Below are positions 30,944 to 40,323 of a DNA stretch of 64,000 nucleotides, piece by piece; the first letter of the stretch is position 1; the number at the start of each line of letters is the position of its first letter. The notes beneath the pieces are model-generated. The model was not told where the DNA came from. It searched no databases and saw only the letters and a program-made list of their open reading frames with translations. The stretch lies in the NCBI RefSeq assembly GCF_039541115.1, contig NZ_BAABFP010000005.1, positions 310,001 to 374,000 of the forward strand, read 5' to 3'. This stretch comes from Angustibacter luteus (lineage in GTDB: Bacteria; Actinomycetota; Actinomycetes; Actinomycetales; Angustibacteraceae). The position numbers were made by a program, and so were the translations under genes.

Positions 30944-33153
30944 CAGTGCGTACCGATCCCGATCCGGTCGTGCAGCCGGCGCAACGGGCCGGGTGCCCAC
31001 CAGTTCCACTCGCCGAGCAGCGTCATGGTGGCGGGCACCAGCAGCATCCGGACCAGCGTGGCGTCGATCGCCACCGCGACCATCAGCGCCACCCCGGTCT
31101 GCTTCACCACGAGCACCTGGGCGGCCAGCAGGCCGGCGAACACGATGATGACGAGCAGCGCCGCCGACGTGATGATCCGCCCCGAGCGCTGCAGCCCGAT
31201 CGCCACGGACTCGTCGTTGGACAGGCCCAGGTCGTGCTGCTCCTTGATCCGGGAGAGCAGGAACACCTCGTAGTCCATGGCGAGCCCGAAGCCGAACGCC
31301 AGCACCAGCGGCGGGATCGTCGTCTCGATCCCGCCGGTGGACGTGAACGAGAGCAGCCCCTCCAGGTGCCCGCGCTCGAACACCCAGGTCACCACGCCGA
31401 GCGAGGCGCCGAGCGAGATCACGTTCATCACCAGCGCCTTGACCGGCACCAGCACGGATCCGGTCATCAGGAAGAGCAGCACGAACGTCGCCAGCACCAC
31501 CAGCGCGATCGACCACGGGGCGGTGCGCAGGATCGAGGCGCTGAAGTCGACCTGACCGGCGGCCTGGCCCGTCACCCAGATCGGGAAGTCCGGCCGGTCC
31601 GCGCGCAGCCGCTGCACCACGTCGCCGGCGGTCTGGCCGCCGGGGTCGTGCCCGTCCACCCGCACCCCCAGGGTGACGACGGCACCCTCCTGCTGCGGCG
31701 GGTCGACGGCCTGCACCCCGTCCACCGTGGCGACGTCCGTCGCCCAGGCCCGGACGTCGGCGATCGGCGCCCGCGCGACGACGGTGAGGTCGGGCCCGGC
31801 CAGGGCCGGGTAGCGCTCGGCGATCCGGTCGAACCCGTCGCGCTGGGACGAGCCGACGGGCATCAGCTCGGTGCCGGACGAGCGCAGGTGCAGCCCGAAG
31901 GCCGGGACGGCGAGCAGCACGAGCAGGGCGGTCACCCCGAGCGCGATGGGCCAGGGGTGCCGCTGCACCCGGCGGGCCAGCCGGGAGAACACGCCCTCGG
32001 CGGGGGCGACGTCCCCGAACCGTGCCAGCAGGCCGCGCAGCAACGGCACGCGGCTGAGCAGTCCGGGGCGCACCAGCCGCGGCCCGGCCAGCGACAGCAG
32101 GGCGGGCACGAAGGTCAGCGCCACCAGCAGCGCCACCACCACGACACTGACCCCGGCCGCGCCGAGCGCTCGCAGGATCTGCGCCTGGAAGAGCATCAGG
32201 CCGGACAGGCTGATGGCCACGATGAGCCCGGAGAACAGCACCGTGCGACCGGCGACGGCCACGGTGCGCCCGACGGCGGCTATGACCTGCTCGCGGTCCG
32301 GTTCGCCGTGCGGCCAGGGCACGGCGCGCAGCTCCTCGCGGAACCGGCTGACGACGAGCAACCCGTAGTCGATGCACAGGCCCAGGCCGAGGATCGTCAC
32401 GACGTTGACGACGGTGGCGTCCAGGTCGATCACGCCGGAGAACACCCACAGCGAGGCCAGTCCACCCGCGATCGAGGCGATCGCCCCGGCCAGCGGGATC
32501 CCGGCGGCCAGGAAGCCGCCGAAGACCAGCACCATGACCAGCAGGCTCACGGGCAGCGCGATCCCCTCACCTCGGCGCAGGTCCAGCTCGACCTGGTGGG
32601 TGATCTCGTCGACCAGCTGGGGCAGGCTCGTCGTGCGCGCCTGGACGCCGGGCAGCTGACCGGCCGCCTCGTCGACCGCAGCCTCGATGGCGTCCGTGTG
32701 CTCGGTGGACACGTCCCGGGGCAGGTCGGCCGCCAGCCGCGCGGTGACCGCGATCCCCTGCCCGTCCGCGGCGAGCAGGGTCCGGCCGGCGGCACCGCTC
32801 AGCCCGCCCGGCACGTCGTACGGCGAGGTGACCTTCGAGACGTCGGGGATCTCGCCGAGGGTCCGGGTGAGGTCCTGGACCGTGCTGCGCGCCTGCGCGG
32901 ACGACGGGTCGACGCCGTCCAGCGTGATGACCACGGCCGGGCCGTCGGCGTGCTGGTCGGCGAGCAGGTCGCGGCCGACCCGGGACTCGCCGGGCACCAC
33001 GGGCTCGCCGCTGGTCAGCCGGTTGAACAGCGACGCGCTGCCGAAGACACCGAGCGCCAGGCCGAAGGCGACGACCACGGCCGCCAGCCAGCCCAGCGCC
33101 ACCAGCCTCGCGTGACGGGCCTCGAAGCGGCCGAGTCGTTCGAGGAAGGTCAC
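30943..33153 (-). CDS. MMPL family (RND) transporter
   Basis: GLCIDYGLL.VSRFREE, AGRTVLFSG, FGLAMDYEVFLLSRIKE, DATLVRMLLVPA. Confidence 0.93.
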   Translation of the reverse strand: MTFLERLGRFEARHARLVALGWLAAVVVAFGLALGVFGSASLFNRLTSGEPVVPGESRVGRDLLADQHADGPAVVITLDGVDPSSAQARSTVQDLTRTLGEIPDVSKVTSPYDVPGGLSGAAGRTLLAADGQGIAVTARLAADLPRDVSTEHTDAIEAAVDEAAGQLPGVQARTTSLPQLVDEITHQVELDLRRGEGIALPVSLLVMVLVFGGFLAAGIPLAGAIASIAGGLASLWVFSGVIDLDATVVNVVTILGLGLCIDYGLLVVSRFREELRAVPWPHGEPDREQVIAAVGRTVAVAGRTVLFSGLIVAISLSGLMLFQAQILRALGAAGVSVVVVALLVALTFVPALLSLAGPRLVRPGLLSRVPLLRGLLARFGDVAPAEGVFSRLARRVQRHPWPIALGVTALLVLLAVPAFGLHLRSSGTELMPVGSSQRDGFDRIAERYPALAGPDLTVVARAPIADVRAWATDVATVDGVQAVDPPQQEGAVVTLGVRVDGHDPGGQTAGDVVQRLRADRPDFPIWVTGQAAGQVDFSASILRTAPWSIALVVLATFVLLFLMTGSVLVPVKALVMNVISLGASLGVVTWVFERGHLEGLLSFTSTGGIETTIPPLVLAFGFGLAMDYEVFLLSRIKEQHDLGLSNDESVAIGLQRSGRIITSAALLVIIVFAGLLAAQVLVVKQTGVALMVAVAIDATLVRMLLVPATMTLLGEWNWWAPGPLRRLHDRIGIGTH

Positions 33154-33191
33154 GCGGCCCAGGATCCCAGGCCATCCGCGGCGTCCCGACG

Positions 33192-34673
33192 TCAGGTCTG
33201 GTCGGCCTGCAGAACGTCCGTCAGGGTGGGCTCGACGAGCGGCAGCCGGACCTCGAACCGGGTGTCGCCCGGCTTCGAGACGACCTGGATGTCGCCGCCG
33301 TGCTTGCCGGTGACGACCCGGTAGGAGATGTCCAGGCCGAGGCCCGTGCCGGCGCCGACCGGCTTGGTGGTGAAGAACGGCTCGAAGATGCGGCTGCGCA
33401 GCTCCGGCGGCACCCCCGGACCGTCGTCCCCGACGCTCACCAGCACGTGGTCGTCCTGGACCTCGGTGTGCAGCCGGATCGTGCCGCCCGGCCCGGTGGC
33501 CTGGGCTGCGTTGTCGATGAGGTTGGTCCAGACCTGGTTGAGCTCGGCTGGGTATCCCGGCACCAGCGGCAGGTCGTCGCAGTAGTCCTTCACCACGGTG
33601 ACCCCCTTCAGCTTGGCGCTCAGCATCACCAGGGTCGAGTCCAGCCCCTCGTGCAGGTCGGTCTGCTGGAACGGCGCCCGGTCGAGCTGGGAGTAGTTCT
33701 TGGCCGCCCCGACGAGCTGGCTGATCCGGTTCACCGAGTCGGTGATCTCGCGCATCAGGGAGTCGGTCTCCAGCGAGTAGGCCACCCACGCGAAGCCCGT
33801 CTGCCGGTCGTCCGCGTGCAACGTCCGGTAGACCTTCTCGGCCCAGGACACGTCGAGCCCGGCCGTGACGTAGATCCCGGCCAGGTCGAAGCCTCGCTGG
33901 ATCTCGTGCTCCTCGAGCCAGTCGCCCAGCTCGTCCTCGGCGTCGCTGCGCTCCATGGCACTGCGCCGGGGTGCCGTCTCGGACAGGGCCAGCGCCTCGT
34001 TCTGCAGGTTCACCAGCTCGTGCAGGACGTCGGCCGGGATGTGCCCGTCGGCCAGGTAGTCCAGCTTGCTGCGCATGTGCTCGACTCGCGTGCGGAGCTG
34101 GTCGACCGCGCGCTCGGCCGCGGACGCCGGGTTGTTCAGCTCGTGGGTCAGGCCGGCCGACAGCGCACCGAGCGCCTGCAGCCGCTGCTGGTCGCCGACC
34201 CGCTCCTGGGTGCGGCGCATGCCGGCCGCGATGCCGTCCAGCAGGTGCACGGCGATCGGGAAGTGCTCGTGCATGAACGCGGCGAACTCCTCGGCCGGCA
34301 CCGCCAGGAACGTGGCGTCGGTGCCGGCGCGCACGCTGGCGACGTACGTCGAGGGCCGGTCGGCCTGCTTGATCCACGAGGCGGTCGCACCGCCGTAGGC
34401 GCCGCGGAAGTCGGTGCGGGTGACCTCGACCTCGACCGCGCCGACCTGCCGGGTCATCACCATCGTGCCGGTCAACAGCTGGTAGAAGCACTCGGCCGGC
34501 TCACCTTCGTGGGTCAGGTACTCGCCGGCCCGGATGCTGGTGCGCCGTCCGTTCTCCACGAACCACGCGAGCTGCTCGTCCGTCAGGCTCTCCAGCAGGA
34601 AGAGCGTGCGCAGCTCCTCGGCGGAGACCCGGTCGTCGGGGGTGGTGGCGCTGGTGGCGTCGGTGGTGGTCAT
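33192..34673 (-). CDS. Cytoplasmic histidine kinase with cNMP-binding domain
   Basis: cNMP domain (HEGEPAECFY), H-box THELNNP, N-box QVWTNLIDNA, DDGPG, PFFTTK, GTGLGL; no TM helix. Confidence 0.92.
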   Translation of the reverse strand: MTTTDATSATTPDDRVSAEELRTLFLLESLTDEQLAWFVENGRRTSIRAGEYLTHEGEPAECFYQLLTGTMVMTRQVGAVEVEVTRTDFRGAYGGATASWIKQADRPSTYVASVRAGTDATFLAVPAEEFAAFMHEHFPIAVHLLDGIAAGMRRTQERVGDQQRLQALGALSAGLTHELNNPASAAERAVDQLRTRVEHMRSKLDYLADGHIPADVLHELVNLQNEALALSETAPRRSAMERSDAEDELGDWLEEHEIQRGFDLAGIYVTAGLDVSWAEKVYRTLHADDRQTGFAWVAYSLETDSLMREITDSVNRISQLVGAAKNYSQLDRAPFQQTDLHEGLDSTLVMLSAKLKGVTVVKDYCDDLPLVPGYPAELNQVWTNLIDNAAQATGPGGTIRLHTEVQDDHVLVSVGDDGPGVPPELRSRIFEPFFTTKPVGAGTGLGLDISYRVVTGKHGGDIQVVSKPGDTRFEVRLPLVEPTLTDVLQADQT

Positions 34674-34674
34674 C

Positions 34675-36357
34675 TCACAACCTCTCCAGGTACTGGTGCA
34701 CGAGCGTCACGGCGAGTGCACCCTCGCCCACGGCCGAGGCGACCCGCTTGACCGAGGTCGAGCGGACGTCGCCGGCCGCGAAGATCCCCGGGACCGACGT
34801 CTCCAGCGGCCAGGGGTCGCGCTTGGGCTCCCAGCCGTCCGGCCGTCGGCCCTCGTGCATCAGGTCGGCACCGGCCAGCACGAAGCCGCGCTCGTCCCGG
34901 CTCAGCACGCCGTCCATCCACTCGGTCAGCGGCTGCGCTCCGATGAACACGAACAGGTGCGAGGCCGGGGACTCGGTCAGCTCGCCCGAGTCCAGGTTGC
35001 GCAAGGTCACCCGCTCCAGGTGGCCGTCGCCGCCCGCGCCGCTGACCGCCGTCCGGGTGCGCACCTCGATGGTGTCGATCCCGGCGATCTGCTCGATCAG
35101 GTAGTGCGACATCGACGAGACCAGGGACTCGGCGCGCACGACCAGCACGACGCGGGCCGCGAAGCGCGAAAGGTAGACGGCGGCCTGGCCGGCGGAGTTG
35201 GCGCCGCCGACGACGTAGACGACCTCGCCGCTGCAGTCCGCGGCCTCGGTGAGCGCCGCGCCGTAGTACACGCCGTTGCCGACGAACTGCTCGACGCCGT
35301 CCGCGCCCAGCAGCCGGTACTGCACGCCGGTGGCCAGCACCAGGCAGTGCGCCTGCAGGCACGACCCGTCGGCGAACCGCACGCCGCGCCGGGCGCCCAC
35401 CACCTCGAGGCCGACGACCTCGCGGGTCGTCACGATTTCGGCGCCGAACCGCACGGCCTGACGTCGGGCCCGGTCGGTGAGCGCGGCCCCGGACACGCCG
35501 TCCGGGAAGCCCAGGTAGTTCTCGATCCGCGAGCTCTGGCCGGCCTGACCGCCGGTGGCCTGCCGCTCGACGATGACCGTGCGCAGCCCCTCGGAGGCGG
35601 CGTAGACCGCCGCGCCCAGACCGGCGGGCCCACCGCCGACGATGACCACGTCGTAGAAGTCGGTCGCCGGGTTCGTCGGCAGGCCGACCCGGTCGGCCAG
35701 CTCGGTGACGGACGGCGAGACCATCGGCTCCCCACCCGGCGTCAGGACCACCGGGACGTCGGTCGCCGCCGCGCCGCAGGCCTCGAGCAGCCGCGCACCA
35801 TCCGGGTCGTCCGCGCCGATCCACTGGTACGGCACGCCGTTGCGGGCCAGGAACTCGCGCACCTCGTGCGAGCGGGCGGACCACCGGTGCCCGATGACCC
35901 GGATGATGTCCACCGGTGCGTCACCGGAGGCGCGCCAGGTGGCGAGCAGCTCCTCCACCACCGGGTAGAGCAGCTCCTCGGGCGGGCTCCACGGCTTGAG
36001 CAGGTAGTGGTCGAGATCGACCGTGTTGATCGCGGTGATGGCGGCGTCGGTGTCCGCGTACGCGGTGAGCAGGACGCGGCGGGCGCGCGGGAACAGGTCC
36101 ATGGCCTGCTCGAGGAACTCCACGCCGCTCATCCCCGGCATCCGCTGGTCCGCGAGCAGGACGGCCACGCTCTCGCCGCGGGAGGCCAGCTCCCGCAACG
36201 CCTCCAGCGCCTCCGACCCGGACTCGGCGCGCACCACCCGGTAGTCCTCGCCGTACTGCCGGCGCAGGTCGCGGGCGATCGCCCGGGAGACCCCGGGGTC
36301 GTCGTCCACGGTGAGGAGGACGGGTCGGCGGGGTGCGTCGGACGGCGCGCTCGTCAT
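34675..36357 (-). CDS. Response-regulator receiver fused to a thioredoxin-reductase-like FAD oxidoreductase
   Basis: REC: VDDD, LLADQRMP, LTAY, LKPW. TrxB-like: GGGPAG, IENYLGFP, GGANSAGQ, FAAGDVR. Confidence 0.92.
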   Translation of the reverse strand: MTSAPSDAPRRPVLLTVDDDPGVSRAIARDLRRQYGEDYRVVRAESGSEALEALRELASRGESVAVLLADQRMPGMSGVEFLEQAMDLFPRARRVLLTAYADTDAAITAINTVDLDHYLLKPWSPPEELLYPVVEELLATWRASGDAPVDIIRVIGHRWSARSHEVREFLARNGVPYQWIGADDPDGARLLEACGAAATDVPVVLTPGGEPMVSPSVTELADRVGLPTNPATDFYDVVIVGGGPAGLGAAVYAASEGLRTVIVERQATGGQAGQSSRIENYLGFPDGVSGAALTDRARRQAVRFGAEIVTTREVVGLEVVGARRGVRFADGSCLQAHCLVLATGVQYRLLGADGVEQFVGNGVYYGAALTEAADCSGEVVYVVGGANSAGQAAVYLSRFAARVVLVVRAESLVSSMSHYLIEQIAGIDTIEVRTRTAVSGAGGDGHLERVTLRNLDSGELTESPASHLFVFIGAQPLTEWMDGVLSRDERGFVLAGADLMHEGRRPDGWEPKRDPWPLETSVPGIFAAGDVRSTSVKRVASAVGEGALAVTLVHQYLERL

Positions 36358-36420
36358 GTGCGTACTCAACCACCCGGGACCGTCGATCCATACCCCGTTC
36401 CCCCGCGCACCCCCGCCCGA

Positions 36421-36485
36421 CCCCGCGGTGATCATGCACGTTCACCCCGGCGTCCCGAGGGTGAACGTGCATGATCACCGCGGGG
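36421..36485. repeat. REP-like palindrome copy 2 (GTGATCATGCACGTTC core)
   Basis: 27-bp perfect arms with an 11-nt loop; lies between divergent genes. Confidence 0.85.
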
Positions 36486-36537
36486 TGGGGGGAGTGGGCG
36501 GGAGTCGAGGTCGGCGCTCGCGGGTAGGTTCGGCGGC

Positions 36538-37869
36538 GTGGACGACCTGTTCAGCGTGGACGACGCTCCCGACCGCCCGTCGGCTCCGCTGGCGGTGCGG
36601 ATGCGGCCACGCACCCTGGACGACGTCGTCGGGCAGGGGCACCTGCTCGAGCCGGGCTCCCCGCTGCGCCGGCTGGTGGACCCGACGGCGGGGCCGGCGG
36701 GTCCGGCGTCCGTGGTTCTGTGGGGTCCACCGGGCACCGGCAAGACGACGCTGGCGCACGTGGTCGCGGGTGGCACGGGCGGGGCGTTCGTCGAGCTCTC
36801 GGCCATCACCGCCGGGGTCAAGGACGTGCGGGCGGTGATGGACCGGGCCCGTGACGAGCTCGCGCTGCACCGGCGCGGCACGGTCCTGTTCCTGGACGAG
36901 ATCCACCGCTTCACGAAGGCCCAGCAGGACGCCCTGCTGCCCGGTGTCGAGAACCGCTGGGTGGTGCTGGTCGCGGCGACCACCGAGAACCCGTCCTTCT
37001 CGGTGGTCGCGCCGCTGCTGTCCCGATCGCTGGTGCTGACGCTGCGGCCGCTGGACGACGAGGCGGTGCGGGTGCTCATCGAGCGGGCCGTGCTGGAGCC
37101 CCGCGGCCTGGCCGGGCAGGTCGAGCTGCAGCCGGACGCCCTGGAGCACCTGGTGCGGCTCGCCTCCGGCGACGCCCGCCGGGCGCTCACCGCACTGGAG
37201 GCGGCGGCCGGCGCCACGCTGTCCGCGGGGGAGCGCGAGGTCACCACCGAGCACGCCGAGCGCGCCATCGACGCGGCCGTGCTGCGCTACGACCGCGAGG
37301 GCGACCAGCACTACGACGTGGCCAGCGCCTTCATCAAGTCGATGCGCGGCTCGGACGTCGACGCGTCGCTGCACTACCTGGCCAGGATGCTGGAGGCGGG
37401 GGAGGACGCCCGGTTCATCGCCCGGCGGATCGTCATCGCGGCGTCCGAGGACGTCGGGATGGCCGATCCCACGGCGCTGCAGACCGCGGTCGCCGCAGCC
37501 CAGGCCGTCCAGCTGATCGGCATGCCCGAGGCGCGGATCGTGCTGGCCCAGGCGGTCGTGCACCTGGCGACGGCACCCAAGTCCAACGCGTCCTACCTCG
37601 GCATCGACGCCGCGATCGCCGACGTCCGGGCGGGCCGGGCCGGCACCGTGCCGGCGCACCTGCGCGACGCGCACTACCCCGGCGCCGCCAAGCTGGGCCA
37701 CGGCCAGGGGTACCGGTACGCGCACGACGAGCCGCACGGGGTGGCCGAGCAGCAGTACCTGCCGGACTCGCTGGTCGGCCGGGAGTACTACACCCCGACC
37801 GACCGCGGGGCCGAGCGCGAGATCACCTCACGGCTCAATCGGCTGCGGCGCATCCTGCGCGGTCGCTGA
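36538..37869 (+). CDS. rarA: Replication-associated recombination protein A (MgsA)
   Basis: [49 protein letters not shown]. Confidence 0.96.
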   Translation: MDDLFSVDDAPDRPSAPLAVRMRPRTLDDVVGQGHLLEPGSPLRRLVDPTAGPAGPASVVLWGPPGTGKTTLAHVVAGGTGGAFVELSAITAGVKDVRAVMDRARDELALHRRGTVLFLDEIHRFTKAQQDALLPGVENRWVVLVAATTENPSFSVVAPLLSRSLVLTLRPLDDEAVRVLIERAVLEPRGLAGQVELQPDALEHLVRLASGDARRALTALEAAAGATLSAGEREVTTEHAERAIDAAVLRYDREGDQHYDVASAFIKSMRGSDVDASLHYLARMLEAGEDARFIARRIVIAASEDVGMADPTALQTAVAAAQAVQLIGMPEARIVLAQAVVHLATAPKSNASYLGIDAAIADVRAGRAGTVPAHLRDAHYPGAAKLGHGQGYRYAHDEPHGVAEQQYLPDSLVGREYYTPTDRGAEREITSRLNRLRRILRGR

Positions 37870-38679
37870 GCCACGGCACGACGTGCGGCAGCCGGCCTGC
37901 GAGACGATCTCGGTGCTGATGGCCGCCCAGGCGTCCTCGTCGGCGTCGATCGGCCGGCCGAACGGCAGCCGCAGCAGGTGCCGGCGCTCCTGGTTGTCCC
38001 GGCACTGCACGGTGAGGCCGTACCGGTCGACGCCGACCGGCCGAGCCTCCACGGTCCGCTCGAGCGGCACCCCGCGGCCGTCCGGCAGCGGCAGCCGACC
38101 CAGCCCGTGCACCAGCTCGAGCAGCCGGGGCGAGAGCAGCGCACGGACCCGGTCGAGCAGATCGGCCTCGTCCAGCCAGAGCGGGTCGGGCTCCGCCGCC
38201 CGGACGTCGTCGCCTTCGATCGTCACGCACCCACCGACCCAGTGCAGCTCGCCCTCGGCGACCTCGACCAGCAGCAGGTCGTAACCGTCCACCCCGTCCA
38301 ACGGCCAGGCCCGGCGCAGCGCCTCGAGCGCCCCGGCCCCGTCCGCGGGACCCGCCAGCCGGGCCCAGCCGAGCAGCTCGAGGTGGGCGCGCGGGACCGT
38401 CAGGTCAGCCAGCGCGGCCTCGGCCCGGATGCACACCGAGATCGCCCAGTCGTCGCCGGCGGACGGCGCGCCGGGCACGGGGGTGGACAGAGCCGACCGC
38501 GAGCGCGGGTCGTGCGGCACGGCCAGTACCAGCTCGCCGCCGGGAAGCGCGGCGTGCAGCGCGGGCACGGCGTTGGCGTCGCCGAGCGGACCCGACACGG
38601 TCGCCGCGCCGATGCCCTCCAGCAGGGTGCGGGCGACCTCGGCGGAGGAGGGGAGCTGTCGCGGGTGGACCATCGTCAC
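37828..38679 (-). CDS. DUF2470-like protein (split-barrel / HugZ-related)
   Basis: SAEVART N-terminus, [21 protein letters not shown]-terminal motifs; GGAGG RBS. Confidence 0.7.
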   Translation of the reverse strand: MTMVHPRQLPSSAEVARTLLEGIGAATVSGPLGDANAVPALHAALPGGELVLAVPHDPRSRSALSTPVPGAPSAGDDWAISVCIRAEAALADLTVPRAHLELLGWARLAGPADGAGALEALRRAWPLDGVDGYDLLLVEVAEGELHWVGGCVTIEGDDVRAAEPDPLWLDEADLLDRVRALLSPRLLELVHGLGRLPLPDGRGVPLERTVEARPVGVDRYGLTVQCRDNQERRHLLRLPFGRPIDADEDAWAAISTEIVSQAGCRTSCRGSATAQDAPQPIEP

Positions 38680-38739
38680 GGGTTCCTCCGGGGGGCGGCT
38701 GGGTGCTGCGGCGTGGTGCCGCGGGGGTGTTCGGTGAGA

Positions 38740-38758
38740 TAAGGTTAGCCTTACCTTA
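38740..38758. promoter_or_regulatory. IdeR/DmdR1/DtxR iron box
   Basis: TAAGGTTAGCCTTACCTTA matches the consensus TWAGGTWAGSCTWACCTWA at 19/19 positions; AT-rich island in GC-rich DNA. Confidence 0.9.
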
Positions 38759-38783
38759 CATCGATCACCACCGAAGGAGCACG

Positions 38784-39407
38784 ATGGTTGCCCACGCCTC
38801 GCGACGCGTCGTCCGGCGCTCGCGCGCCCTCGGCCTCGCGCTGACCCCGAAGGCCGTGAAGTACTTCGAGAAGCGGCCGTACCCGCCGGGCGAGCACGGG
38901 CGGGCCCGCCGTCCCAACAAGAGCGACTACTCGTCCCAGCTGCTCGAGAAGCAGCGGCTGCGGGCGCAGTACGGGATCCGTGAGGCGCAGCTGCGTCGGG
39001 CGTTCGAGGAGGCGCACCGCCGGTCCGGACGGACGGGCGAGGTGCTGGTCGAGCTGCTCGAGACGCGGCTGGACGCCGTGGTGCTGCGAGCCGGGATCGC
39101 GCGCACTATCGCGCAGGCCCGCCAGTCGGTCGTGCACCGGCACATCGAGGTCGACGGCCGGCTGGTCGACAAGCCGTCGTACCGGGTGCGCCCGGGCCAG
39201 GTCGTCGCGGTACGTGAGCGCAGCCGGCCCATGACGCCCTTCGTGGTGGCCGCCGCGAACGGTCACCGCGACGTCCTGCCCACCGTGCCCGGCTACCTGG
39301 CGCTCGGCTCGGACGGCCTGTCCGTCCGGTTGGAGCGCGAGCCCCGCCGGGCTGAGGTCCCGGTGACCTGCGACGTCGCCCTGGTCGTGGAGTTCTACGC
39401 GCGCTGA
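38784..39407 (+). CDS. rpsD: 30S ribosomal protein S4 (zinc-ribbon-free type)
   Basis: RPYPPGEHG, SDY..QLLEKQRLR, LETRLD, ARQ.V.H.H, VDKPSY, VVEFYAR; GAAGGAG RBS. Confidence 0.95.
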   Translation: MVAHASRRVVRRSRALGLALTPKAVKYFEKRPYPPGEHGRARRPNKSDYSSQLLEKQRLRAQYGIREAQLRRAFEEAHRRSGRTGEVLVELLETRLDAVVLRAGIARTIAQARQSVVHRHIEVDGRLVDKPSYRVRPGQVVAVRERSRPMTPFVVAAANGHRDVLPTVPGYLALGSDGLSVRLEREPRRAEVPVTCDVALVVEFYAR

Positions 39408-39529
39408 CCTCCAGCCGGATTCGGCTGGGACGGGCCGGACCGGCTCGGGTAGGGTCGGTGCGCTGCCGTCGCCCCGGTCAGCGCCCGGCGCCGCCGGGTG
39501 GTCACGGGGCCCGGGGAGGGATGCGTCGG

Positions 39530-39913
39530 ATGTCGGCTGGAGACATCGCGGGACTCATCGCCGCCGTCGCCTTCGTGGCGCTGGTGGCGTTCTTGGCCGT
39601 GCCGATCCTGAAGCTCGGCAAGCTGATCGATGACACCCGCGGCACCGTGCAGGGCGTCACGCAGGAGACGATCCCGCTGCTGCACGAGGTCACCACGACG
39701 GTGACCACCACCAACGGCGAGCTCGAGCGCGTCTCGGCCATCACCACCAACGTCCAGCAGGTGACGACGAACGTGTCGGCGCTGACCGCGCTCTTCGCGG
39801 CCACCCTGGGCTCGCCGGTGATCAAGGTCGCCGCGTTCACCTACGGCGTGCGGCAGGCACTGAGTGGTCGGGAGCCGTCGTCCGGTGGGCGCCGGCGTCG
39901 GCGGAAGGGCTGA
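39530..39913 (+). CDS. DUF948 family membrane protein
   Basis: MSAGDIAGLIAA..., P.IKVAAFTYGVR; conserved position upstream of alaS. Confidence 0.85.
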   Translation: MSAGDIAGLIAAVAFVALVAFLAVPILKLGKLIDDTRGTVQGVTQETIPLLHEVTTTVTTTNGELERVSAITTNVQQVTTNVSALTALFAATLGSPVIKVAAFTYGVRQALSGREPSSGGRRRRRKG

Positions 39914-39918
39914 TCGGC

Positions 39919-40260
39919 GTGCGACGGATCTTCTGGGCGGTGCTCGGCGCCGTCGTCGGTGTGCTCGTCGTCCGCAAGGTGACGAAGACAGCGCAGGCGT
40001 ACACCCCCGAGGGGGTGGCCCGTGGCCTGTCCGGGGTAGGCGAGGGGCTCCGCGAGATGGCCCAGGTCGTCCGCGAGTCCATGGCGGAGCGGGACGCGGA
40101 GCTGCGGCTCGCGCTGGGCGTGGACGAGGGGGTCATCGACCCGCGCCAGGCCTCCGCGCTGATCGAGCGACCCATGGCCGACCACTCCGCCGACCGGGCG
40201 GCTGAGGCCGACTTCGACCGCCCGACGAACCCGGCACACCGGCGCACGCGAGCTTCCTAG
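39919..40260 (+). CDS. Conserved small membrane protein (DUF6167-like)
   Basis: MRRIFW..G, TPEG, MAERDAELR.ALG. Confidence 0.75.
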   Translation: MRRIFWAVLGAVVGVLVVRKVTKTAQAYTPEGVARGLSGVGEGLREMAQVVRESMAERDAELRLALGVDEGVIDPRQASALIERPMADHSADRAAEADFDRPTNPAHRRTRAS

Positions 40261-40323
40261 GGGCCCTGTGCCCCCGCTCCGCGCCCCGTACCTTCTTCCT
40301 AGCCCCACGACAGGATGATCCCC

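Noticed and set aside
30179..34491. Apparent giant fusion ORFs (756 aa and 1182 aa in the track)
   Set aside because: The N-terminal parts are off-frame read-through of neighbouring genes; the real starts are 30943 (GNAT) and 33153 (MMPL).
30133..36485. Composite transposon
   Set aside because: No transposase, terminal inverted repeat pair or target-site duplication was identified; only the palindromes are reported.
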